Assembly (NCBI RefSeq): GCF_006345805.1 | Contig: NW_021824000.1 | Location: forward strand, 1 to 20,418 | DNA length: 20,418 nt | Source of the DNA: Octopus sinensis | Lineage: Eukaryota | Direction: 5' to 3' | Part shown: positions 10,709 to 20,418 of the stretch, in pieces | Numbering within the stretch: position 1 is the first letter of the stretch | Layout: every line of letters begins with the position of its first letter | Translations under genes and position numbers: made by a program | The notes under the pieces: generated by a model | The model's database searches: none | Told to the model about the DNA's origin: nothing | What the model saw: only the letters and a program-made list of their open reading frames with translations

Positions 10709-11099
10709 TTAATATTTACAAAAAGTGTTCTCACATTCTTGATCGTTCAATCAGCTGTGAAGTCGCATGTGTTTGGATAACAAAGATGACCTATAGGCGA
10801 AATTTGGTTGACAGGAATGGCGTGAGTGTCTGTCGAATAGATTCTATTGGTAACCGTACAGTTTAGTTTTCCCATTAAATACCTGAGAATTTCTTTTGAG
10901 AACACGTGTCGGTGGAATATTCAGCCAATTATATGCTAATTCAATGAGAAGATTGTTCAATAGCTCAAGGAATGGTTGTCTTACGGTTTGCTCTCTGTCG
11001 GTTACGACGACAATTGGAATTATTGTGCATGTGCCTGAGAACTCTCTTCTTTGAGTATCCGGCTGGGGTGACAGCTCGAATTCATTGGTCACATACCAC

Positions 11100-11240
11100 A
11101 TGGTGATGGCGGATGAGAAAGTACCTCACCGAGATGGGAACGGACTGGGACACTGCTCAAAGGGTAACTCTGGACGAACCGAGCAAATACCGGCAAATGT
11201 TTGATGCAGTGACACTGCAATGGCACATGACTCCCTCTTC
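11100..11240 (+). mobile_element. Possible 3' end of an RTE-clade LINE ORF
   Basis: GC-richer island encoding W..RKYLTEMGTDWDTAQRVTLDEPSKYRQMFDAVT, reminiscent of the RTE C-terminal W..A...A.DR..WR motif (recognition only). Confidence 0.35.
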
Positions 11241-11349
11241 CACCATAACTAACCTGACCAGCAAGAACAGCCCCCCACTCTTTTTGCTTCGCTACGTATT
11301 AACTATGAAGTTAGACAGGTGATAATGATGTCATTATGAAGTTAATTTT

Positions 11350-13360
11350 GTACCGTTTTGGTTTTGTTTTAGATAATATTATGATTTGGACCAAAGTTCT
11401 TGTGGCTTTCTGTTGAAATGTTCGTCAATCTGAAAAATATAGAAGGGGTTTTTATTGCCGAACTCTGTATCTGACGACTATCAAAATTTATAACGCTGTT
11501 ATAAAGTGTATAAATGAATTAACAATAAATAGGAATATTGTTAAAGACAGAATTATGAAAATGGATGCTAACACAGAAAATCAAATCGAAGAACACTTAA
11601 ATACACTGCTTCCCCCCTCCGCCTCTTTATCTTGATGAGACTATCGATATTACGTCATCAACTTGATTAGCTATTACTGCACGATATTTTCACGGAGATT
11701 ATATTCATGAGGAGCAGATTAAGTTAGAGAATTCGTCTCAAAACACGCCAGGGAAACACATAAGTGATTGTATTGTTAAAGTGTTTTGTGAAATTCAGCT
11801 TTATCAAAAATAGTTTCAGTTATGGTCGATCGTGCCTCTAAAAGCAGTTTTCAAAAAGCTGATGGTCATTTCTTTGTTTCTTTTTATTGTATCAAAACAC
11901 GAGGAACGATATGTGCACAAAATAGTGTTTAAAAGATTTCCATGATGAGATTAAAGTTGTGACAAAAATAGTCAATTTGAGAGTTGCCAGGGTTTTGCAT
12001 AAACAAGTGTTTCATTTACTTTTAAATGAAGTCGAAAGAGTTTTGTAATGGTTTACTAATGTACAATAATGTAAGCTGGTTGATTCTTGGCCAAATACTT
12101 AGACGGTTTGTTGAATGTTTAAGTGAAATTAGACTACTTTTACGTATGGTTCTCCTAAGACGCTTTTAGCAGTAAACATCTTTTTCACGTTTTTCATTGC
12201 ATCTGCATAAACCTCGTATTAAATTGTAAGGTTTTGGAAAAAATATACTGAAGTGACGTTTGGCTTGATCAAGAGCTTTGGAGATAAACCGTATATTTCA
12301 ACGTGATTTAGCAAGTAAAAGTCTCAAAGACTTCCCAAGAGCGAAGACATGTATTGAAGAAAATATAAAAAAAGCACAAAGAACACAAAAAATCGTTTAT
12401 AACAGGCGTAGGAGTGGTTGTGCTGTAAGTAGCTTGCTTACGAACCACACGGTTCCGGGTTCAATCCCACTGCGTGGTACCTTCGGCAAGTGTCTTCTAT
12501 TATAGCCTCGGGCCGACCAAAGACTTGTCAGTGGATTTGGTAGGCGGAATCTGAAAGAAGCCCGTCGTATATATGCATATATATATATGTGTGTGTGTGT
12601 GTGTATATGTTTGTGTGTCTGTGTTTGTCCTCCCAACATCACTTGACAACCGATGCTGGTGTGTTTACGCCCCTAACTTAGCGGTTCGGCAAAAGAGAGC
12701 GATAGAATAAGTACTAGGCTCGCAAAGAATATGTCCTGGCGTCGATTTGCTCGACTATAAAGGCGGTGCTCCAGCATGGCTACAGTCAAATGACTGAAAC
12801 AAGTCAAAGATTTGTTCAAGAACCCTGGCTGTGTCGTTCTTTTCTAAATTTGTGCAATTTCAGACAGATAGAGAATGCAATCGAAAAATCTTGGTGAAGT
12901 AGATTTTAAACACTTTAAAATTTGTGTTTGAATAGTTATACTTAAGAGGTCTAGAAAATGGATTTAAGAGGTCAGAAACGAAGACAGTTTAATTCCAGTC
13001 CGTCGATATTTGCAAGCAAAAGCTCATCACAATTAGAGATGGTTTAAAAGAAATTGAATACGAACGTGTGCAAAGGATCTTGAATAAAATATTAAGATTG
13101 CGAATTTCTTGAGAACGTGGTACTAAATTCTAGAAAATTTTAGTGCTTTTAAAATTCTAGCAAGAGCATTCTAAACAATTTCTCATCAACAAATTCAGGC
13201 GAAACATCATTCTCACCATTAAATGATATAAATAGGAAAAAATTGAAAAATCTCCCGGAGTGGGTGACAATTTGAGTGCTGCCAGCATGTCATTAAAACG
13301 TAAAATACACACGTAATATATCTCCCATAAAGCAGCTGTCTTTTCTACCACAGCAATAAA
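11350..13360 (+). pseudogene. hAT transposase pseudogene (GTF2IRD2/EPM2AIP1/ZBED8-like family)
   Basis: Fragments SLYLDETIDITSST*LAITARY..IHEE (about 11624; first catalytic Asp motif LDESTD), CI.H..ICA (about 11888; CxxH motif), YNNVSWLILGQILRRFVECLSEIRLL (12062; VRWLS motif) and ETSFS (about 13201). Many stops and frameshifts; split by a SINE. Confidence 0.8.
12405..12810 (+). mobile_element. tRNA-derived CORE-like SINE, family B, full length, inserted in the hAT pseudogene
   Basis: GGCGTAGGAGTGGTTGTG A-box-like head, GGTTCAATCCC B box, CORE-like ACCTTCGGCAAGTGTCTT, internal (TA)(TG) tract; two further copies in the window. Confidence 0.88.
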
Positions 13361-13635
13361 AATATCATTAAAGTTAATGCAACATTTTTAAAGTATCATT
13401 TTATTTTCCTAGTTTTATAAGTATATTTAAAAATTTACCTCAATATAGAATACGTGTAAGTGAAAGGGAATTATTACAAAAAACTGAAATTAAGATACGC
13501 CATGGTGAAAAGGTTTGCCATCACTGTTAAAATGTAATCGGTAGAACGATATCATGCTAAAAACAGTATATACACTGTTTGTGTCATGTCACTGAGCGCT
13601 GCTATTTTTTTTTTTTTTTTGCCTTACTTAAACTA

Positions 13636-14201
13636 TTGGGTTGTCCGGAAAGTTCATGCCGATTTTAAAAGGAAATAAAAAGGTCAATAAATATTTGCCA
13701 TTACATTTTTAATCAACCAAATACGAACCATTTTGTTGTACAATGCGTCTCCATCTTTCCTTTAACTTGAAAATACCCTCTTCTCAGAATTGAGGTGGTT
13801 GCATGGCAAAGAATTCATCATGGTATCTTTTTACGTCATCCAAGGAATTGAAATTTTTACCATTAAGACTATTCTGCAGAGACCTGAATAAGTGGAAATC
13901 TGAAGGAGCAATATCTGGTGAATATGGAGGGTGGGATAACACATTCCAGCCGCGCTGCAGCAATTTTTCTCTGATTCCCAAAGATTCAAGTGCTGAAAAT
14001 GAACTTTCGCATCTTCCATTTTAAATGGTTACATAATTAACACAGGTTATAAGAACATAAACCTTCTTCCACGAAAAGATAGCGTAAACCGTGCTCTAAA
14101 TGGAGGTGTAGTCAAATCCTATTTTATGGACTCAACCATGTTCTAAAATAAGTCGAAAGGTAAGCTACTATAAATCGGTACGAACTTTCCGGACAACCTA
14201 A
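13636..14201 (-). mobile_element. Internally deleted mariner (DD34D) element, 566 bp
   Basis: TIRs TTGGGTTGTCCGGAAAGTTCATGCCGATTT / AAATCGGTACGAACTTTCCGGACAACCTAA with TA on both sides (13634-35, 14202-03). Confidence 0.92.
13710..14019 (-). pseudogene. Mariner transposase remnant (N-terminal ~15 codons fused to the C-terminal ~85 codons)
   Basis: MEDAKVHFQHL... joined out of frame to REKLLQRGWNVLSHPPYSPDIAPSDFHLFRSLQNSLNG...QF*EEGIFKLKERWRRIVQQNGSY; diagnostic YSPDxAPSD motif. Confidence 0.9.
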
Positions 14202-14332
14202 TAGTGTCAAAGAGGTTTGATATCATTTGATATCATTTGTAAGCCTTGTAAAAGAACCCGGAACGTTGGGCCTCCTTCTAAGCCTTTCACGATACATTTG
14301 ATGTCAGGAAGATTTCCGCAGTCCTTCGAGTG

Positions 14333-14568
14333 TATGTATGTATGTATGTATGTATGTATGTATGTATGTAGTATGTATGTATGTATGTATGTATGTATGT
14401 ATGTATGAATACACGTATGTATGTATGTATGTATGTATGTATGTATGTATGTATGTATGTACGTATGTATGCATGCATGTATGTATGTAGTATGTATGTA
14501 TGTATGCATGCATGTATGTATGTATGTATGTATGTATGTATGTATGTATGCATGCACGTATGTATGTA

Positions 14569-14604
<36 letters not shown>

Positions 14605-14645
14605 TGTATGTATGTATGTATGTATGTATGTATTATGTATGTATC
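14333..14645. repeat. (TATG)n microsatellite
   Basis: Directly visible; source of the MYVC/HTYI ORFs. Confidence 0.95.
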
Positions 14646-15054
14646 AATACACGCACGCACGCACAAACACACATTTGTATATGAAATGTTAATTTAAATT
14701 GTGATACAACTTCAGACATTCAGACATTCATTGAAACCATTCGAACCAAACGAAATATTTCGTTTAATAATCATTTTATTCACATTTTGATGAATAATAT
14801 AAAAAGTTTCATAACAGTGTATGCATGTCAGAAATCTTAGTCTTGCTAATTGTTACTCCATCCATATCTAGTGACCTGAAAAATTTCGATTTTCACGGAA
14901 TCTATTTTACTGCGTTGATGATTTGTATAATGTCTACACTCAATAGTTTAGGTAGTTTAATGCATAACAGTCAAACAATGATACACCGAGACCATGATAT
15001 AATAGTAGATGGTATGATTTGGGAATATTGAATAATCTATCATCTGCGAAAATA

Positions 15055-15195
15055 GATGTTATGAGCTGTCGCTAAAGAAGAGGCTGCAGCTGTGAATAAA
15101 GAAATTACTATGAGCTGTGAATATAAATGCTTTGAGTTGTAAATACAGAAAGTGATATGAGCTGTGGACTTAGAAGATGTTATGTGCCATGAATT
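15055..15195 (+). repeat. Degenerate ~24-25 bp minisatellite, about 6 units
   Basis: Recurrent TATGAGCTGTGAATAAAGA-like unit. Confidence 0.6.
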
Positions 15196-15247
15196 TATAA
15201 ATCTATATAGATATGTATATATATATATATAGTAATTAAACTTAGCA

Positions 15248-15300
15248 ACCTTACAATTAAACTCCTGTTTCAGATGTTATATGACATTAACTTCAGAGGT
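15248..15300 (-). ncRNA. Degenerate hammerhead-like motif
   Basis: Minus strand ACCU-CUGAAGU-[AUGU catata ACAU]-GAAA-CA..UG-UA-AGGU; A9 is substituted; the 3' side runs into (TA)n at about 15205-15231. Confidence 0.35.
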
Positions 15301-16014
15301 AAATATGATACCTGGTTTCTGAAATTTATGTGATGAAACATCCAAATATCTGACTAACTGTAGGACCAACGACCATAATAAATGCATACATGCCTTTTAT
15401 TTAAAACGCATAGAGCTCTTTGCTGAACTAGGATCTTCTTAACTGTTTGATCTGGAATATCTACGCAACACAAATATACACATACAAACACACCACTGGA
15501 TGTGAATTAAACGTTTAATATATATTGCTCGAAGTCTAATCTACGATTGATTAGAGAATAAACACACAGAGTAAACTTCATGAATCTATATCGCTTATAA
15601 AATATATTACTATCTGGAATACATATCTTACGAGAGGCAGTAGAAAAGGCTTATTCCTTGTGTCATTTAAATGATACAAACATAATACGTACGTAATATA
15701 TTTATTCTAAACTTAGAATATTCGTATTCTAAACATACTTATTATCTGATATTATCATAGAAACAGATTATGATAATATTATTGACACCAATAGTTAAAA
15801 CCAGAAATCAGTTACGTATCTACAATTTAAAGCGCCACAGCATTATATATTATACATAATATACACAACACATTCACAGTCATACACATACACACATATG
15901 TAATATATTTAATGCATGCAGAAACACGCATAAATACACTTATACGATAACCATATGTATATTATATAATTATTATATACATATACATATATCATATAAT
16001 CCCCCCTCTCTCTT

Positions 16015-16126
<112 letters not shown>

Positions 16127-16155
16127 ATACAATATGTTACATTACTCGGTAGTCA

Positions 16156-16218
16156 AGATAAAACTCTGAGTTTCAGATGCCGAAGTGGAAATCCACAACA
16201 CCATCTCTTCGGTTATCT
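16156..16218 (-). ncRNA. Type I hammerhead ribozyme (U4C variant), left arm
   Basis: Exact mirror of 16303-16365. Confidence 0.65.
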
Positions 16219-16302
16219 GGCTATTTGAAAACGTTATGAAAAATATACCGTTAAAAATCTTTTTTTTTAACGGTATATTTTTCATAACGTTTTCAAATAG
16301 CC

Positions 16303-16365
16303 AGATAACCGAAGAGATGGTGTTGTGGATTTCCACTTCGGCATCTGAAACTCAGAGTTTTATCT
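16303..16365 (+). ncRNA. Type I hammerhead ribozyme (U4C variant), right arm
   Basis: AGAUAA-CCGAAGA-[GAUG..GUGGA uu UCCAC..CAUC]u-GAAA-CUC a GAG-UU-UUAUCU; 6-bp stem I; homolog of 8338-8399. Confidence 0.68.
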
Positions 16366-16458
16366 TGACTACCGAGTAATGTAACATATTGTATAGATAA
16401 ATTTCCTCTATTTACATATATTGAGGTCTCTTTCTTTCTTTTGTTATCTTACCGTTTT

Positions 16459-16552
<94 letters not shown>

Positions 16553-16618
16553 TAAATGACAGAATGAGATAAAAAATCCATCGCTGGGAATAGTTTTCAG
16601 AAAATTTCCAAACAGAAG

Positions 16619-16666
16619 ATCTTACTGCTGTTTCCGGGGTATTTTATGTATCCCTTCATCAGAGAT
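16619..16666 (-). ncRNA. Type I minimal hammerhead ribozyme
   Basis: Minus strand AUCU-CUGAUGA-a-GGG...CCC cg-GAAA-C agca G-UA-AGAU; GUA triplet; the module (about 16555-16680) ends in (TA)n. Confidence 0.7.
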
Positions 16667-16925
16667 AGTGCGAGAAAATGTTATTATATAGAAGATGTGC
16701 GTGTGTATGCGTGTGTGTGTGTCAGTGCATATATATATATATGCATAAATTTATATGCAGATAGAACACTAAATACAAACAAAGTTTTATACATCAGAGG
16801 ATTAGTTCGGCATTTTTCATTTACTGCCGACTAAAACTGCGCTTGTGCGGTGAATTTGAAAACTTAAAATATATAATGATAAGACATGTGTTATTTGTCT
16901 CTAAATTATATGTTAATGTTATGGC

Positions 16926-17000
16926 GCGGTCACTGATGAGAATTTCGCCTAGCATATTATTTTATTTGCTAACTAAAATTCGAAATCTAGATATGGCCGT
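16926..17000 (+). ncRNA. Type I hammerhead ribozyme, canonical core
   Basis: GCGGUCA-CUGAUGA-[GAAUUU..UAGCA..UGCUA..AAAUUC]-GAAA-UCUAGA-UA-UGGCCGU. 7-bp stem I (2 GU pairs), palindromic stem III AUCUAGAU, predicted cut after 16993. Confidence 0.88.
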
Positions 17001-17144
17001 AAAAAAAATAACAGGGTAAAAGTTTTTATTTTTATTCCCTTCAAAATTGCTCTTAAATGTGGTTTTGGTCGTTTTGACTACTTCTTCTAGCGAGTAAAAC
17101 TACCTGTTAAAGATAGTTTCCCTTGTGCTTAAATGTACACTTTT

Positions 17145-17175
<31 letters not shown>

Positions 17176-17366
17176 TATATATATATTATTATATATATAT
17201 GTATATATATATATATATATATAGAATATATATATATATATATAATATATATATAATATAGATATTATGTATAAAATATTATTCGAGACAAAACCACTAT
17301 TTTGCAAAACACACAAGGAAAGACTTAATCAATACATAAAATTTTAATAAATAGTCAAAAAAACCG

Positions 17367-17409
17367 CCACTACAATCGTTTTCTGTCTTGATCGACAATC
17401 TTCAGGTGG
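17367..17409 (-). ncRNA. Hammerhead, left-arm copy (slightly mutated)
   Basis: Mirror of 17451-17493 but GACA-GAAAA instead of GACAA-GAAA. Confidence 0.6.
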
Positions 17410-17450
17410 ACTTCCAATAATTCATAATTTGACACTGAATTATTGGAAGT

Positions 17451-17493
17451 CCACCTGAAGATTGTCGATCAAGACAAGAAACGATTGTAGTGG
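17451..17493 (+). ncRNA. Type I minimal hammerhead ribozyme, canonical core
   Basis: CCAC-CUGAAGA-UUGUC gaucaa GACAA-GAAA-CG au UG-UA-GUGG; GUA triplet, predicted cut after 17489. Confidence 0.87.
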
Positions 17494-17670
17494 CGGTTTT
17501 TTGACCATTTATTAAAATTTTATGTATTGATTAAGTCTTTCCTTGTTTGTTTTTGCAAAATAGTGGTTTTGTCTCGAATAATATTTTATAATATTTTACT
17601 ATAAAATCGATTTAATCCTAAATCTGATTTTTCCCTGTAAATTTGGATTTATTCCCTAATATTTATTATT

Positions 17671-18035
17671 TATATATATGTATATATATATGTATATAAG
17701 TATATACGTAATATACATACATATATATAATATATATATATAATATATATATATATATATAGATATATGCATAAATTGATGCGCCGATGGAAGCTAAACA
17801 CATACACCACATTATACATACACATGTGTGTACTTGTATACCTACACACATATAACATATATTTGTATATATCATGAATATATATATGTATATATAATGT
17901 ATATATATGTATGTGTATATATATATATGTGTGTGTGCATTTACACACACATGCATAAACGTATGAGCTGATGGAACCTAAGTGCATTTATACATACACG
18001 TTTGTATGTGTGTGTGTGTGTGCATATGTATGTAC

Positions 18036-18081
<46 letters not shown>

Positions 18082-18605
18082 CACACGCACATGCTGACAC
18101 ACACTCACATGCTGACACACACACACATATACTAGTAACCTACTCTGAATCAGACGTGTAAGAGTTTTATTGACAGATATAAAGAATGAGATTTGGGATC
18201 AGTTGGCGAAAGAAGTCCTTTTTAAAAATAATAACGAAACAAATAATAGAGAAAGAGAAGGGAAAAGAAGCAAAAGAACTGTATGTACTAAACAATGATT
18301 GAGTGATCGAACAACCGTATGTAACCGATAAGCACCTGGGAGTGGCGAAATTGTGATAATGGATAAGTAACGGACGAGTAATGTCCCTTTGAGAAAGGAA
18401 TAATTAAGGAGGTTTAGTTTCGTATTCAAATCTAAACTAACATTTGTAGGTTGTTGGTAAGGATTAACGTCCGGAAACACTTGGGATGTATTCCGTTTCG
18501 CTTTCACACTCTTTGTGTATCTCTATCTCTCTATGTATGTACGTATGTATGTATGTATGTAGCTATCTATCTATCTATTATCTGTCTATATACATACTCA
18601 CATAA

Positions 18606-18640
<35 letters not shown>

Positions 18641-18677
18641 CATATATAATATACGATATGTACGTTCATATATATAT

Positions 18678-18709
<32 letters not shown>

Positions 18710-18894
18710 CGATATGTACGTTCATATATATATATATATATAATATATATTATATATTGTGATGTGTGTGTATGTCAGTGTATGTGCGTGTTGTGTTTTG
18801 TGTGTTCTGTGTATGCGAGTATGGATGCGTGCTCGTATCGATATGCCTATACATATGCGTTTGTTTGTATGTATGTATGTATGTATGTATGTAT

Positions 18895-18928
<34 letters not shown>

Positions 18929-18950
18929 ACAAATACACACACACACACAT

Positions 18951-18995
<45 letters not shown>

Positions 18996-19180
18996 CATGC
19001 ACATACATATATATATACACTTATATTGTACATATACCTGCTTACATATATAATGTATATATATATATTCACATTTATATATATGTATGTGTGTATATAT
19101 ATTTATATACATACATACATGCATACATATAATAAATGAAATTACACACACACGCATCCATAAACACATACACACATATA
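17671..19180. repeat. Mixed (TA)n/(CA)n/(TATG)n microsatellite region with a unique AT-rich spacer at about 18135-18520
   Basis: Directly visible. Confidence 0.85.
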
Positions 19181-19519
19181 TGCATCAAGATCCAGTCGGG
19201 AATAATAAAGATTGATGGAAGTGTGAAGAACTTTCTATATTTTCCAAATATATTCTTGTCCAAACTAAAATGCTACAACCTTACAATTCGTTCTGGTTTG
19301 TAAAATATTGGAAGTAACATGGAAAAAGCGTTTCTTAGTGAGAGGTGTTTTATATTTGAGCAAGAGTATACTTGTGCGTGTGTCATTCTTTGCTACCACC
19401 AGCACCAGGACCAGCACCAGCACCACCACCACTACCACAGAATACAAACCAGCAGCCGTCAACCCGATGAGGACAGAAGTAAGGCAAAGTGTGATGGTTA
19501 GGTTATAATATATTTTTGT

Positions 19520-19950
19520 TTCTTTATTGCCCACAGGAGGCTAAACATAGATAGGACAAACAAAGAGATTAAGTCGATTACATTGACCCCAGCGCATAAC
19601 TGGCACTTATTTAATCGACCCCGAAAAGGATGAAAGGCAAAGTCAACCTCAGTGGAATTTAAACCCAGAACGTAAAGACAGACGAAATACCTATTTCTTT
19701 ACTACCCTCAAGGGGCTAAACACAGAGAGGACAAACAAGGACAGACAAACGGATTAAGTCGTTTATATCGAACCCAGTGCGTAACTGGTACTTATTTAAT
19801 CGACCCCGAAACGATGAAACGCTAAGTCGACCCCGAAACGATGAAACGCTAAGTCGACCTCGGCGGAATTTGAACTCAGAACGTAACAGCAGACGAAATA
19901 CCGCCGAGCATTTCGCCCGGCGTGCTAACGATTCTGCCAGCTCGCGGCTT
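19520..19950 (-). mobile_element. Head-to-tail dimer of SINE family A (full copy about 19692-19950; truncated copy about 19520-19691)
   Basis: Reverse-complement homologs of 1042-1272; junction GACGAAATAC|CTATTTCTTT; 27-bp internal tandem duplication at 19800-19853. Confidence 0.87.
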
Positions 19951-20418
19951 TGATATATATTGGAGGCGAGGTATGCTTCCTCTCAGCACATCTAAAAGTG
20001 AGACTGGACACCTTGTTTGTAACACTTCCCCAGTTTCTATTTAGTAGGAGGCCCGCATCTAACGAAACGTCAAGCATCTTAATAAGACTTATCAATCTAG
20101 CACTCCACGCCTATGTTTGACAGCAAGGACTTGATTCTCCATAAATGTGCGTCGCTTGGGGTCGCCATGGAATAAAGTCGCTTACTGAACGACCCCAGGC
20201 CACTAGATATGGATTTCTGACATGCATACACTGATGCTTATCATGACTGACCTGGATGGGGTGATGAGGGGCAGTGTTGTTCCAGAAAAGTCTGGATCTC
20301 AAGTTATAGACGATCATCTTAGAGTCAGATAATAAGGTGGTGATCCGGTGGAGAGCAGCTGTGATGCTAGATCCTTCAGAATAATGACGGTCCATACCCA
20401 ACACGTATAGGAAGAGCC

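Larger units (their letters stand above)
10249..13526 (+). mobile_element. Decayed hAT (SPIN/Buster-like) DNA transposon
   Basis: Candidate TIRs CAGTGATGGAAATC (10249) and GGTTTGCCATCACTG (ending 13526) bracket transposase remnants. The flanking 8-mers do not match, so the left boundary is tentative. Confidence 0.6.
17270..17670. mobile_element. Palindromic Penelope-like pseudo-LTR element: 155-bp inverted arms plus ~80-bp 3' extension
   Basis: 17270-17424 versus 17436-17590 are reverse complements with a few differences, 11-nt spacer; (TA)n on both sides. Confidence 0.8.

Noticed and set aside
14207-14330. Short non-repetitive open segment (possible exon or LINE scrap)
   Set aside because: No recognisable domain or convincing splice sites.
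15055-15195. Spaced repeats resembling a CRISPR array
   Set aside because: Degenerate tandem units with no unique spacers, no cas genes and a eukaryotic context.
16142-16379. Near-identical 64-aa ORFs on opposite strands
   Set aside because: A trivial consequence of the perfect palindrome.
17270-17590. Palindromes as TA-targeting DNA MITEs
   Set aside because: Arms are asymmetric (one-sided 3' extension) and contain hammerheads, which fits inverted retroelement pseudo-LTRs better.
20111-20404. 97-aa minus-strand ORF in GC-richer DNA
   Set aside because: No recognisable motif; possibly a decayed LINE fragment cut by the window edge, not supportable without a search.

Overview
AT-rich, repeat-dominated eukaryotic non-coding DNA with no intact protein-coding gene; almost all supplied ORFs are microsatellite or repeat artefacts. 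The SINE families and microsatellite load resemble octopus/cephalopod genomes (recalled, not searched). The window holds many tRNA-derived SINE copies (about four families), a decayed DD37D/maT-type Tc1-mariner transposase, an internally deleted mariner with intact TIRs and TA TSD, a decayed hAT (SPIN/Buster-like) element with nested insertions, a TTAA-flanked MITE and a probable non-autonomous Helitron. The most striking signal is about 11 minimal type I hammerhead ribozyme motifs (CUGANGA...GAAA...UH, mostly with palindromic stem III), from at least 7 unrelated sequence families. They sit in short non-coding modules whose 3' ends run into (TA)n tracts. Several form head-to-head palindromes (a perfect 136-bp-arm hairpin at 16122-16399, 155-bp arms at 17270-17590) or a partial-tandem plus inverted array (3992-4832). 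This matches Penelope-like pseudo-LTR / retrozyme architecture, with six motifs clustered at 16.1-17.7 kb.
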